DNA from: Octopus bimaculoides | Lineage: Eukaryota | Direction of reading: 5' to 3' | DNA length: 64,000 bases | Assembly: GCF_001194135.2 (NCBI RefSeq) | Contig: NC_068984.1 | Location: 67,918,554 to 67,982,553, forward strand | Shown: one piece after another, positions 1 to 15,075 of the stretch | Position numbering within the stretch: position 1 is the stretch's first letter | Layout: every line of letters begins with the position of its first letter | Notes under the pieces: generated by a model | Databases searched by the model: none | Told to the model about the DNA's origin: nothing | The model's input: only the letters and a program-made list of their open reading frames with translations | Translations under genes and position numbers: made by a program

Positions 1-2227
1 GAAGAGTAAATAACCCAGAATTTGTGCGTAAACTGGCGTTGTAAATAGTGATAGTACGGAAACACGTCTAACTTATAATTAAAGATGTGTTAAATAACTT
101 TCTTTTCTTTTCATTTGTATATATATAAACACATACAAACAGGCCCAGATGCATACATATACATACATCTATCCATATACATACATACATACATACATAC
201 ATACATTCGTAAGTGGGATTTGAAAGAGAATTGACTATGGGAACATACTGAGATTAGTTGCAACTGGTAGGCTGAAATGCCAAAAGATTCATTCTTTAAA
301 AGTTCGAAAATTTTTACTCTTAATTTCTCAATAAATAAATAGATTAAAAGAAATGAAGAAAAAAAAGAAAATGTTGAATCTGGCGTGTCAAACTGAAAAG
401 ATCCGCAGTCTGAAAATGATAGCGTGAATCTGTCAAATAGCGGTGTGGAAACAATTTTGTATATCAAAGTAAAGAACTATGACAGCTGAGTCTCTTCTAC
501 AAAAGCATTGATACATGCACTTGTGCACATATAGTTACGCGCGCACACACACATGCACGCACAAACATACGCACACACATTTAATCACACTAGCTGCTCT
601 CAGTCTTAGAAATGGTATTTTGTAATAAAAATACGAACCGGGATTACGAATTAGATACTAATTTGTCATTAAAACAATCATCAAAATACCTTGCTTAGAG
701 ATAAAAGTCATTTGAAATATGAATGTTGGGAAGTTAATCAGTAAAAATTGTAATCGGAGAAACGCTTTTAATTTTACGAAGGAAATTTCAAAGAAGTAAT
801 AGTTGTAGTTACAACACGTGAAATATAACCATCTCATTAACGCCTGTGTGTAATTGTTCAATTTATTGAACAGTCACATTCACACGAGAATTTCGCGGCT
901 GCGTGAAAAAAATGTAATCGAATGATAATAGATATATCTCTGTTTAGAGAAAGTCACTTAAGACATTTACCATTAATAAGCTATTAATGATTTCCAAACA
1001 AACAAAATCCAAATAAATCTAAGTTAGAAAATGAACGCTTATGAAAAAATTGTAGTGTAAAAGGACATTGTTCTTGTTATTGTTGTTATTTTCAAAATTA
1101 GAAAATTGTTGCAATCTTTAGTACATCGTATTTCTTCTTTAATTACCTAAATGGGTGAAATTTAGTCTGATAGATGCGCACGCATATATGTGTGTATTTG
1201 TATGTAGCTGCGGGTGTAGAAAGCTTTTCACTTTCAAAGTATGTTAATTATAAATAATGAGCTTTTCTTTAAATTTAGAAATTACAGACAAATAACAAAT
1301 ATTTACCATCGGTGTATTCGTCTAAAATTTCTTAAGCAACTAAAAAGAAGTATTCTAACGAAATGGGGCAATAAATATCTACTTTTTCAATGGCATAAAT
1401 GTTTTGGTTCGCTACTGCTATATAATAAAGAATTATACAGTTCTTCAGTTTAGATTACATTAACAAAGAAAGGGAAATGATGTGGGCACTTCCTTAGCTG
1501 CAGAAGAAAGAACTAATAGCCAAATTTCTACAAACATTGCTTTGTTCCTGTAGCATACTTCATCTCTGATGAGGTATAACATAGGAACAAAGGAATGCAA
1601 GCAACATAGATATTTCAGAGGTATATAGACATGAAGAGGTGTCAAGCTTATAACAATAAATAGTCTATGGATATGAATTGCTGTCGGTTAATTTGAAATG
1701 ATGCTATATATCGATACGTGTCTGGGTGAATAACTCTCTAAGTGAGGTCGGATAATTCAAAAGTGAAAGAAAAATTGTTTGTTGTCATAATATATATAAG
1801 TCAAATAATATAGCCAAAGTTAGAGTTCATATTGTTATTTTCTTTTTTATTTGTGCAGATAAAATGATAGGAAAAGATTATTTTGATTATAAATCTCAAG
1901 CTTTAAACTGGATTTAATATGTTCTGCTGGCATAGAACAAGAATACCACAATCTTATTCTGTTTAGTTTGCTTTATTTGATATGTAATATGTGATGCATG
2001 AAGAAATACGTGTAAACCACTCTACAAATGATCGAGTTATGCAATGTTAAGTAACACAAGGTTGATGTTTACCTATTGGGAAAATAGAGAAGCTGTTCTA
2101 GTTCATCACAGTTTTCTTTTCTTTTATCTTGTATTTTTAAGTTCTTAATTAGAAGTTTATAGATATGATAATGTAGATAACTGATTAATATACTGTACAG
2201 TATCAACATTCTTTTATTCTTGTATCT

Positions 2228-2578
2228 ATTTCAGCTTCTGGACCGTAGTCATGCTGGGGCACCGCTTTGAAGGGTATTAGTGGAATCGACCCCAGGGCTT
2301 ATTTTATACTTTTGCCGAACCTCTAATGTACGGGGACGTAAACAAAATTAACTCAAGCGATAATGAGAGATAAACACAAAGACTCAAACACACACACACA
2401 CACAGTCACTCACACATCATACGTACGTAGGACGGGCTTTCAGTTTCCTTATAGCAAATACACTCACAAAGTTTCATCGGCCCTGGGGTATAGTCGAAGA
2501 CACTTGCTCAAGTTATTACGCAATGGGACAGAAGCCGGAACCATGTTGTTGGAAAGCAAACTTCATAACACATAGCAA
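2228..2578 (-). mobile_element. tRNA-headed SINE family A (CORE-like), diverged copy
   Basis: Reverse complement aligns along its length with the clean copies at 16588 and 58670 (catgctggggcaccgc, gccgaacc, cactcacaaag, gaagacacttgctcaag, ggaaccatg). Confidence 0.85.
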
Positions 2579-5500
2579 CATAATTTGTTTAGTGTGATTT
2601 TTGTTGGTTTGATACTTTATAAACTTACGTATGTTTCGGCCAAAAATAGCACCACCTGATAGAATCTATTATTTTAAAGTCAATTCTTGTGGTACCATAG
2701 CCCATTCCAGTAAGGAGTTGTTGTTGACTTAGACGAATCCTTGTATAATACAGTCTCAAGAATTTTCATCCAATACATACCATAATGTAAAAAGCAAATG
2801 CAAAAACAATAATAATTTCCCTTCTTATAGAATCACGGTTAGCATATTTAATTGGGGTAAGCCACACTTAAAAATATGAGAAAACGCTTCTGTTCTCCCA
2901 CATTTTGATGATATAAGTAATATTAATGAATACCTTTTTAAGTGTAGACCATCTAATGGCTCCAATGTGTTTATAAATATCTACACACGTAATAGAATAG
3001 TGGTTACAATTCCATCTATTTTCACTACACCTCTTTTTACTGAAGGAGCCTATGTTTATAGCAAACTAGAAAATGCTATTTAGTTGTGTCTAGGGACAGT
3101 CATTATACCAATATTATTAACACATGCACTGGTTCGATTCCACTCTTTTATAATTAGTCAACTGGTTAAATATCTAACTAACTAATCGTTTGTTTGTTTA
3201 AATTAGCTATACAGTAAGTCATTTGTTTTGTGCTTGTTTCTCAAAGCTCTTTCATTGAAATTTGCAACCTTTTCAAGGACTTTTCTCTTAGTCTGTTGCG
3301 GAGGCCTCGTTTGTCTGTTTGAGATCTTATTGTGTACGAGTGCATGTGTGTGTGTGTGTGTGTGGGCCAGTGTGCACGTGTACTTGTGGACGTANNNNNN
3401 NNNNTGTATGTATTTATGTATGTATGTATGTATTTATGTATGTATGTATGTATGTATGTATGTATGTATTCTTCTGCGTATCCCTGCGTCTATGTGTGTG
3501 CGTGCTTGTGTGTTTGTGTATGTTACTTATTTATTTGTTTTGGATATTTTTCAAAACCTTCCAGGATTTACTGGCTTGATATCGTATCGTTTAATTATTT
3601 TCATAGTAATATTTATATTTATCTAACAATATATATGCGGAAGTAAAATTTGCATCGTGTAGATTGTTACATACTGTCCTACAAAACCTATGTATCTGAA
3701 AAAATTAGATTTAATGCGAGAGAGTAATGTATCCAGATTACTGTAAGGGTAAGTTGTACATTGAAATTATGTGTATCCTATCATTTATTTGCAAGAAGTT
3801 ATTTGCGGATAGGCAATCTGACGTTACTCATAGATATTTAGTAGTTGTTTCTAAGGTTTGGTCAGCAAATATTTTCCTATGAAGTAACAGGCCAAATATA
3901 TATGAAAACAAAATTGATTTGGGAAGTGAGTACACTATCTGAATATCTATTGATTACAATACAAGTTATTGCATTTTCCTGCGAAGTTTGAGAGAAGACC
4001 CGTGATTGGTTATATTGAATGTGAGGCATGAATTTAATACGGTCTTTTAATGAAAGATGAAAATTATAACAGCACACATAAGATATTCATTATTAAATCT
4101 CTTTGAAAAATCACATAATTAATTAAACATTGCCTTTCTCATCTTGTCTTCTTCATTCATTAAATTTTGATTATTAGCCATGTTATTGCGTTGTGTGCAC
4201 GCATATGTGATGGTGGTTCATAAAATAGATTTGTCAATAACCATCTGCTAAATAAAATATTGCGATGTAGCGAAATATTTTAATTCTGGTATCTAATTAA
4301 AATATTTCTTTTGTATTTCTAATTCGTAGTCATTATTAAGAAAGAGAAATTAACGAATACTCTAAGTATATGCATTACATTTTATTATGCATCTTGTATA
4401 TTTTTCCTGGTCGATGTTAGCATATGTGTTAACTTATATGTGTAAGTAGATGTGGATGAGTGTGTTCGTGTGTGTGTGTGCGCGCGCGCTGTATACATAC
4501 TTAATGTAGAATACATTTTCTCAGTCAGTAGCTGTAGCAAACATTTGTTATATTCTTTCAAAACTAGATTTAGATTTCACTGGCATTTGCAACATAAGCT
4601 CTTCTTTACTGCGTATCTACAATTCGACGGAAATATTTACTCCCGAAAAAGTAATTCTCAACATTCCAGTAATGAAATAATGAAAGACTAGATGCACCGA
4701 TAAGAGAGAAAAAATGCTGAGAAACCATTATACCTACATATATGTCTGTGTATTTATATAAAAATATTTACATATATTTTTTATATACACACACACACAT
4801 ACACACAGACACACATATATATAAATTGTGTAGTATGTATGCGTGTATGTATATGTATATATATATATATATCTTGTAAAGGTGTCGTGTTGCTTATGTC
4901 AGTGTTTCTGTTATATTTTATGAAAAATATTGAATATTCTGATTCTACACCTGCAAGTTGATAAATTAATCCCACGCTCAGATGTTATACAACAAATAGG
5001 AGATATAGAAAATGCCAACAGATGTAATAAAGACGTAAATTTCAATAATATTGGAAAACACTGTTGAATAAATCAATCGAGAATAGGAAATATATAAATA
5101 ATTAAATAAATATATAAATGATAAAAAAAGAAATATATGTTGTAAATATATAACTAATGAAAAATATATATATATGAGATAAAAAAAATAACTGATGCTA
5201 TGCAGAATCTAATCTTAGGTAAGTATATCTATCTTTGAATCAAATCGTCAAACATAAGTATCGGATTTTTTTTCACTGACGAGTATGAATGAAAAGTGAG
5301 CAAATATTTCAACTTGATAGCATTCTGGAACTGCTTAAGCAGTATCACACTACATTGTGATGTGTTACTGTTATTGAACTATAAGAGTAATATTCCAAAA
5401 AGCTCTAAGGTAGAAAATCGTATCTATTTCTTTTGCTGTATACCGTTTTGTGTGAGTATTTGAGTATGTGTATGTCGTACGATGTAAAGAAAACCAAATA

Positions 5501-6134
5501 AATCACTTCTATATATTCCGATAAAACTGCATATAGGAGAATAACATCATGTTATCAAATGTGTGAATCATAGAAAGGTTTTTGAGAATATCTTCTATTT
5601 AGAATATTACTCTTGCTGCTGTTGTTTCTGTAGAAATCACTCTTGTGTGATTGGTGAATTTAGGCCATACCTACTTGCTTCTTTTCACTAAACTCCCTCC
5701 CCAAACCTCTCTTTTATTCGTAACCAAAAATCTGGTTGTTGTTGTTGATGTTGACTGTATTATTATGATTTTCTATTTTTACGAAATACGAATAACGCAC
5801 CGATAAGCTGAGAAATATTTTCTTTCAGTTCATGAACTAAGATGCCTGTATTCATTTGAAACGTTAGCTTCGGTATAATTTAATCTACAACGTTACCTGA
5901 AAGTTTGTATCGGAATTGGGTAATCTAATAACAAAAGAAATCACACAGAGACACAAAATTATTCTGCGGTTCACGGGATATTTAATTTTAATCCTCCTTA
6001 TCGAACTCCGTTGAAAGTTCACAAATGAGCGGGTCCATAACATACCCCAACCTTATCGTTGACAGGGGAAACGTGGCAAAGGAAACTGTCGACAATGACT
6101 GACGTACAAATAATGAGAAGTATCAGTACGCACA

Positions 6135-6178
<44 letters not shown>

Positions 6179-7379
6179 AAAGCTCGTGTATATATATTTA
6201 AATGTGTGTAGATATATATACGCACAGTCACACATATGTATATATATATTTACACATATATACATATATATATATACATTTAAATTCATATATATGCATA
6301 TACGTACATCTACAAAAAATNNNNNNNNNNNNNNNNNNNNNNNNNNNNNNNNNNNNNNNNNNNNNNNNNNNNNNNNNNNNNNNNNNNNNNNNNNNNNNNN
6401 NNNNNNNNNNNNNNNNNNNNNNNNNNNNNNNNNNNNNNNNNNNNNNNNNNNNNNNNNNNNNNNNNNNNNNNNNNNNNNNNNNNNNNNNNNNNNNNNNNNN
6501 NNNNNNNNNNNNNNNNNTATATATATATATATATATATGCATCACAATCACAAAACCAGACGAGAGCTTCTCTCCTGGTAAAATCTCACCATATTGTGTG
6601 TTCTAAAACCCTTTCCACTTTTAAGCGATGATGTATATTTAGTTTTTTTACATAAATATTGCTTGATGTTTCAATTATGTGCCCGTGCGCGTGTGTGTAC
6701 ACATTTTGAAAGGAAAAGCGTGTTAGAGGCTTAAGCTTCTCTTACTGTGTTCTATGTGGCCGATTATTCAGACGATTGGAAAGGAATACAGAATCACATA
6801 ATTTACCCCCAAAATATTCGTAATAGCCTCGAAATATAATTCGGTATTGAGATTTGGTTGACTGCCAAATAAAAAAATCTTATAAAATCCTTTTCAGATT
6901 CGTCTATTAAATAGGTGTATGCACAATTCGTAAAATATTCGCCTATTCATATGCAAAAGCAAGTGATATTTTCATGTCTGCAGCAATGCATATGTAAAAC
7001 AACACAAAAGCCAAGAAGGGCCTATTGTTTTACAGTTCATGAATATGAATGATTTTTCTTTTCAATATGTGAATGCCTATGTAATATACAAACTCAAGTT
7101 CATGCATTGCATATCTATCTATCTATTTATCTATCTAAATATCTATCTATCTATCTATGCAGATACATATGCGCGTGCACACACACACCTGTGAGTGCGC
7201 GCGTTCATGTGTGCATATATATGTATATATGCATATGCATATAAATTACGCATATATTCATATATCTATGCATGTATGTGTGTAGATATATACATATATA
7301 TAGATGCATATTATGTACATAAATCGATATATGTATATAGTCAGATATACAGATAAAAGGATACTTAAGTACATACACG

Positions 7380-7422
<43 letters not shown>

Positions 7423-8799
7423 NNNNNNNNNNTGTGTGTACGTATATATATATGCATATATGTTTTTTTTTCATATGCATACGTACATACATACATACAT
7501 ACATACATATTTATATATGGGTGATTTTTCATCAAAGCTCTAAGTACTTCATTAAAGTATTTTTCTCTCTCAAATTCAAGTTACAATTTTTATGATAGTA
7601 TTTTTAACGGGATAATATCCACTGGAAATAGTTTATTTTGCTAAGGCATCCACACATTCGCACATCTAATTGAAAATAATTATTTGCCTCATAGACTATC
7701 ATTTCAACCATACATATTCATGTCCGTTTGCTCATTTATATATAAATGTATCTCAGTAATTTCATGACTTATACATTTATCAAAATAGCGTAATTAATCA
7801 TTTTAAAAATTAATGTCATCTCACAACTTAATAACAGTGTGAGCATAAAATTGATTATACTCCAGTGTTTATTTTATTGATTTCTAAAGCTTTGATTTGA
7901 TATATGCATGCACGTACATGTACATAAGTATATACGGCTTTACGTACATACATACCAGCATACAAATGAGCATCCTTACATATCCATCTATCAATGCATA
8001 ACATCACATACTAATAATACTCATAATTAGTTGTCTGGTCGTGGTATCTTATGCTCTTTTTCCTTCTTTGGCAATCTACTACTTTTACTGCATTTTCTCC
8101 TATACAATTACAACTAATAATTTACCTCTCTACCATCACCTCCTGCAATTTCTCTTTCTCTATCTTCTTTTGTCTTTTATGAAGTCGATACTTCCTATTT
8201 TTACAATATTCAAATGTTTCGCCACCGCTCTAAAAATTGCTTTATTTTCAGCACTAGTGCATTACCCGTCACATGGTCGGTAATGTTGCAAAAAAATATT
8301 GTTTATGAGAGATACACTGTATAAACAATGGGGTGGTCCGGGCTAGAACGTCTTGATCATTGGTCTGCTTCATCACAGCTGACTTCGATTTTAAAATATG
8401 AGCTCAGACGTTTTTATGCAGTCCTGAATTTCGTTACACGACTACGTGTTCCTAGGTTCGGTCCTACTACACAGTCCCTTAGACAAGTGTCTGCTACTAC
8501 TGCTCAGATTGAATGAAAGTTTTATGAGGGATATTTGATTGATGGAAACTTTGTAGACGCACATCGGAGAAACTGTTCAGATTCGGCAGTGGTATATCTA
8601 ACTCGTTACTCGTTTAAGACCCACTTTCACTCGGTAGGATTTGAAGTCAGAACCGAACTGCAAGCGGAAGTCAATAATGTAAAGTGATTTATTTGGTTTC
8701 ATGCGCAACATTGCCTTCTAATATCTATCCTTCTGAATCTTAATATAAGTTTCTTATATCAGCACCAGTTGAAACTTTCATTGTGAAAAGTAAAGACTG

Positions 8800-8960
8800 T
8801 TTAAGGAAATCCATGCATATCACTGGAAGATATAATATTAAAAGTGCAAATGAAGACATAGAAACTCGAAACCGGTGAGATTTTATACCAGAAGGTAAAA
8901 ATAGCGTTGAATAAGACACTGCAAGAAAATCTCTTCTTTAACGTGCTGTTCCTGCTACAC
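8800..8960 (+). mobile_element. Possible Penelope-like element UTR fragment with degenerate hammerhead motif
   Basis: aTGAAGA-catagaaactc-GAAAccggt at 8850-8876; palindromic ACCGGT after GAAA. Confidence 0.3.
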
Positions 8961-11789
8961 ACCTTAAGGATTTAAAATTTGTTTCTTACAATATCATGCA
9001 TTCTAGAGGCGGGATGCAAATCGAATTCATTAATCATCCTTACTATTTTATCTGATATTTAATTTATCACCCACATAATACTAAAAGTGAAAGTCGATCT
9101 TAGCAGGGACTTCCAAAGCAGAATCGCCTCTGCCTTCTCACTTGTCTATGTCTTATTGTTCATAAATGTTTGATCCCAATTTCTAAATCATTCTCTAATC
9201 AAATTTTCCTTACCCTACTAGATCAGTTGCATTTCCTTTAATAATTTATCTTTCGTTTATACGCAGCAAAGAAAACGAGTTCACACTGCGTATGATTTGA
9301 TGTATGCTTAAACTTTTATAGGTTTATTTTCAGATAAATACATTTCCACATAACTATTTGCTTCTACCCTTCACTCAGATATAATTACATTCGAAATTTG
9401 AACATTAACAATGTTAAAAAAAAAATCGAAATAATTTCAGGCTGACTCGAAGCGATTTACCTAATCATCCTTTAGAATAATTCCAATTAGATATTTAAGA
9501 TGGCTACCTTCGTCATTTTAAAACTACCTTAGGGCTATTTGCAATAATCATATTACCTTGTATTTTTTTTCTCTGACAGATTACTAATTATTATATTTTC
9601 ATGTGATGCTTCTACACCTTACAAAAGTTTTCGAATGTTTATTTTATACTTATACTTTATTCCTCGACCAATCACTGTTATTGATATCAGAACGCTTCCA
9701 GCGACAGATAGCCTGAAATATTTTCTTAATTTTCGTCTATTTACTTGCGGATGTATTTGTTTAGATATTTATACGGTTGATCTTAACTTTACCACTATTG
9801 AGATAAAGACACGCAGAAAAGGACTGGCGCTTTGCCAAGAGACAAAAAATACAAATGTTGATAAGATGTATAGTAACTTTGCCAAAATCTCAACTATTAA
9901 ACTTAATACTCTGATACAAACTTAAAAAACTTTCTTATTTGATTTAAATTTATAAAGACGGCTTGTAGTATGTTAGTATTAATTTACCCTTCGAGTTAAA
10001 TATATTTATTCAGATACACATCGTAAAGGAGATTGCCACGACGTAGTAGAATCATTGAAGACTACGATCATCAGATAACTCCTCTTGAGAAAGTCTTCAT
10101 CGACACAGTATGAGATCTCTCAGTTGTTTTCCTTTCATAAAACAGTCCCAAACAAGATGAGAAGCCACTCCACATTTGGGACTATGAAGAAGGAGAAATT
10201 AAGACGAAGTGAATGAATTTTATTTCAAGTCTAAAGTTAATTCATTTTTTTTCGCTTCAATTTCTCCTTCATCATAGTCCCTTGCATTAAGTAGATTCTG
10301 ACCTCGTTTGGGATATTCTAATACAAAATCTATCTTGAAAAGTTCCACACTGTCTCTATGTTCCCACCAGAGAAGAATTTAAACGTGCAAGCAAACGGAT
10401 ACTCATCCGTTTCCACCGTTATTGCTGCTATATGCAATATACCGAATGTTTAAAGATGGACTTACAATTCATTGCCATGATCAGAGACATAGCACAGTTT
10501 CAAGGACAGAAAACGACGGTATATTATCCTTTTCCTGATAATTGGCACATCTGAACCATATAGTAAATACAGTAAATATTAAGGGTATACCTTAGGGTAT
10601 ACTAAGTAATTCTCAACAAAAGGTATGAACGCTATAAGACTTTATTGACACATAGTATAACAACAAATGTGCATGTATATAAATAATATGTATATATATT
10701 TATTATATATATATATATATATATATTCTCATTATATAATGAGCTCGCACGCTTTCTATTACTGATGCATGTAATGTGTGTGGTTCTTCCCACCTCTAGC
10801 GTATTTACTGGCCACAGAAGACTACGGGTAAAATTATTGTTTTGTGACTGTGTTAGAGTTTCTTACGTAGTTTCGTTTTAATATTTAATCTGATTATTGA
10901 TCCTGTATCTAAATTCATTATGTTTTGCAGTGGAGTGGCAACTCTTATTGCAATAGATTCTTTGTGCCACTAGTGAGGGCTTGATGAACTAGAATGACCG
11001 AATACGTAAATTCATCTCACAAGCTACGGCTAAAATGTACGAAATCTCTATTTCATGGTATTTACCATAATTTACAGGTAAAAAAAGGAGCCCTTGGAGC
11101 TGAAAGCGCATGAAATGGACGAGGAATTTCGAGTCCTTACTTGGCCAGAACGTACTGCAGTGCATGAAAAAACATAAAACAACGGTGTAGATGGTATAGC
11201 TCCTTAAAGGTAGGAAGCAGATGTGCTACAAACACGCAAATGGGTAACACAAGCGCTTAGTGAAATATGGGATAATGGTTTAATATCTGATAATGTTATA
11301 ACAGCAATGATATAATGAAACACCGTATTATAATGGAGTAGTAGTGTAATAATAATTAAAGTGAAGCCAAACCTGGTTTCTCTACTCAGAGAAGAACAAG
11401 CAAACTTTAGTGAATGTAGATGAGGAGGCAGTCAAATATTTACTTTCAGCTGTTTTATACTGCAATCAAATGCCTGATGATAAATATTTGACTATCACAC
11501 TATCACACTATCAACTTTGAGCCAAAATTTTATATCGTTTTCCCACAGAATGATTATTTAAAATTATGAGAAAAATGTTTAATATATCTCAGAAATTTGT
11601 TGATATAATCAAGAACATTAATGAAAGCATTATTTGTAAAGTAATGGTAGACGGTGATCCAAGCAAACTTTTACACACACGCACGTACACACACATGTAT
11701 TTACGTATGCATATGTAAATATATGCACGCACAAGCATACATAAGGACAGATACCATTTCTGTTTGGTTAATGATTTTGTGACGAGAAG

Positions 11790-12270
11790 AAATTATGGAA
11801 CAGACTGGGTTAATTAAGTGACTTGGATTATACAGATTATAAAGATGACATCGAATTGATGATCGTAACTAATGGAACCGATGCAGGAAAATCTAAACAG
11901 CTCAGTTACTGACCGAAAGAAAGCTGGATTTGTAATTAATAAATATAAAATAAACATAGTGAGGTTTCAGAAAAACAATGGCCTTGATTACTTTGTAGAA
12001 CGAAAAATTATTGAAGCCAGGAGAGACTATAATTATTTAAGAACAATTGCATTTATATATGATTCTTCCTTTCAGATAGAATTTCAAGAAAAGCCAAAGA
12101 ATGCTGAACAAGTAACTGAGAATGTGGAAACTAGTGTGCATTTCAAACAAAATATCGTCACATGCAAGAATGAAATGTGATATTATTCTTGTTTGAAAAA
12201 TGTGAAAATGAAGTCTTGAAGAGAATATTGGGAATCAGTTTTGACAACAGTACATGACTAATTAAAGGCT
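11790..12270 (+). mobile_element. RTE-clade LINE reverse transcriptase remnant
   Basis: Frameshifted translation DLDYTDYKDDIELM..MQENLNSSVTDRKKAGFVINKYKINIVR resembles RT domains 5-6 (DLDYADDIALL..MQEKTNRL..AGLKIN.KKTKIM); ILGIS motif near 12225. Confidence 0.7.
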
Positions 12271-12284
12271 GACTTGGCTGTTGT

Positions 12285-12515
12285 GCTCATGATCGTTAGA
12301 TCGTAGGTTCGCTTCCCTGATTGGGCGGTGCGTTCTGTTCTTGAGCAGAACACTACGTTTCACATTGCTCCAGTCTCCCTTCGATCAGGGGGAAATGTTG
12401 GCCTGCTCACGTAGCCGGCAGGGTGGCGTCAATTGAAAGCTAAAACAATGCGCAAGAGCGCATTGTGACCAGCGATATATAACAACATCTGATAGCCTGG
12501 TCGGTCACATAATCG
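12285..12515 (+). mobile_element. tRNA-headed SINE, head shared with the 19190 and 62990 copies
   Basis: Degenerate B box (taggttcgcttccc) followed by gttcttgagcagaacactacgtttcacattgctccagtc, which also occurs at ~63060. Confidence 0.65.
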
Positions 12516-14683
12516 GGTGTGACATGACTAATGATTCCATAAGTGATATTGTTGACGAAAGGTATGCAAATATATTTGTGAAACTTTAAATATGGGAATG
12601 GATAAGCTATGTAGCCTGAAGAGAAAGAAGTTTTATGAAATAAACTCACAATTAGTGATATAAAAAAACGTACAACACGTGAAGAGTAAGAAAAGTGTAA
12701 CTAAAAGGAGCCATGATAGTTGTTGGGGAAGCTAAATGGAAGAACAGGGAAGAAACATCTTGAAACGAATATATACATATATAACTTGAATATATAACGA
12801 AAGAATATGACGTGAATTTAAAAGAAATCTGAATGTGAGAGAGTGCACCAGTGTGTTTGTGTGCGTTTGTGTGTGTGTGTTTGCGTGCGTGTGTGTGTGT
12901 ATTGTGCGTGTGTGCGTGCATGCACGCGCGTAGTATGAGTGAATGGCTAGAATATTTTTAGCACTGATTGGAGTCAACCCAAACCTTATAAGTGAAATCT
13001 GAAAGATGGAAATTGTGTGGAAGCAGACCAAGTGTTTTGCATTGATAATTAAAATATCCAGCTTTGTTATGCTGTGACGCGATGATTATGTCTGAGAATT
13101 ACGTTACGGACGCTTACATATTGTCTCAATGAATACGAAGTTCAGTTGATCGAACATGAACAGCGATCCGTTTCTTTTTGTTTATGTACATGCTCCATAT
13201 AAATATATATNNNNNNNNNNNNNNNNNNNNNNNNNNNNNNNNNNNNNNNNNNNNNNNNNNNNNNNNNNNNNNNNNNNNNNNNNNNNNNNNNNNNNNNNNN
13301 NNNNNNNNNNNNNNNNNNNNNNNNNNNNNNNNNNNNNNNNNNNNNNNNNNNNNNNNNNNNNNNNNNNNNNNNNNNNNNNNNNNNNNNNNNNNNNNNNNNN
13401 NNNNNNNNNNNNNNNNNNNNNNNNNNNNNNNNNNNNNNNNNNNNNNNNNNNNNNNNNNNNNNNNNNNNNNNNNNNNNNNNNNNNNNNNNNNNNNNNNNNN
13501 NNNNNNNNNNNNNNNNNNNNNNNNNNNNNNNNNNNNNNNNNNNNNNNNNNNNNNNNNNNNNNNNNNNNNNNNNNNNNNNNNNNNNNNNNNNNNNNNNNNN
13601 NNNNNNNNNNNNNNNNNNNNNNNNNNNNNNNNNNNNNNNNNNNNNNNNNNNNNNNNNNNNNNNNNNNNNNNNNNNNNNNNNNNNNNNNNNNNNNNNNNNN
13701 NNNNNNNNNNNNNNNNNNNNNNNNNNNNNNNNNNNNNNNNNNNNNNNNNNNNNNNNNNNNNNNNNNNNNNNNNNNNNNNNNNNNNNNNNNNNNNNNNNNN
13801 NNNNNNNNNNNNNNNNNNNNNNNNNNNNATATATATATATATATATATATATATATACGCAAAAGTAATGTTTGCAAAAATGGTTTCGAGGGATGTATAA
13901 TCGTAGCGGATACCGTGTTCACTTTTATCAGTTGTCAAAGCCAGCTAGCCACAGTGAAAGTTGATGAAAATTACGTTAGTTTTCAAATGTCATCAAAACG
14001 ACTAGTTCCCGTAGAAAAATAATGAAATTCATAAAGATCCGGAGAATGGAGATTTGCACACCCAAGTTTTATTTATTCAGTTAGTTTGAGCTACAAGTGG
14101 CCTAGGCCAAGCTTAACTTAATAGCACCAGTTGGAAAAGACATTCAATAACGTGTGTAAATGTATGTGTCTATATTATAAAGGTAGGTTTAAAAAAGAAT
14201 GTCGGTGAAACGAGTTAATGAAATATTTTTTTCGATTTTTAGTTGAAAGCATACCCAGATCCAAGTCATCGACCTTTGGGAAATAAAAAATCCACAAGGT
14301 CAAAACAATTGTAAATTTCTTAGCGAATATTGGATTCCATGACTCCCGATGTTAACAACCAATGGGATATTGTGTTATCACTCCAATCTAATCCTTCTCC
14401 CAGATAAAAATGACATCATTGGAACTTATGTCTAGAAAAGATTAAGTCTAGAAGTATGGTAATTTACCTTCTTGAAGATGATCGCAACGGCGACAACGAC
14501 GACGACGGTGATGATGATGATGATGATGATGATGATATACGGTGTGTGCGTGTGGATGTTATGTAAATGTGTTTCTACATATATGAGTTGGCACTAAGAT
14601 TAATGTTATAGTGAAAATATCCCTGTTCGAAGTATACGTGTTTCGGCATACAGAGATATTAGCTAAGGCATATTTAACCCCCA

Positions 14684-14685
<2 letters not shown>

Positions 14686-14763
<78 letters not shown>

Positions 14764-14788
14764 CCCCTCTCTCTCTCTCTCTTTCTCT
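14686..14788. repeat. (CT)n microsatellite
   Basis: Long (CT)n run; explains the spurious SL/RE ORFs. Confidence 0.98.
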
Positions 14789-15024
14789 TGTGGTATATGC
14801 ATTTGAAAAAGTGCCAAAAGTGACCAGATTCATACATCAATCATGATCTCATGGACGGATGGGCGTTAAAATGATGATGCATATGTCAGGTTTTAAGGCA
14901 GCATGGTTTCACAAACGCACCAAACACTCACACACACGCACACGCACACACACACACACACGCACACACACATACACACATGCACGTATACAAATTAATA
15001 TGTATCTGTGTATGTCTGAATATG

Positions 15025-15075
<51 letters not shown>

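Noticed and set aside
2630-2680. gtttcggcc motif suggesting another Penelope hammerhead
   Set aside because: No CTGANGA core on the relevant strand.
10931-11210. Acceptor/donor-like sites with short peptides
   Set aside because: Multiple stops and no recognisable homology.
13126-14022. Long ORFs in the track (also 20100-20720, 27160-28099, 30714-31629, 46429-47110)
   Set aside because: Their length comes from N runs and low-complexity (TA/CA/TG)n translation.
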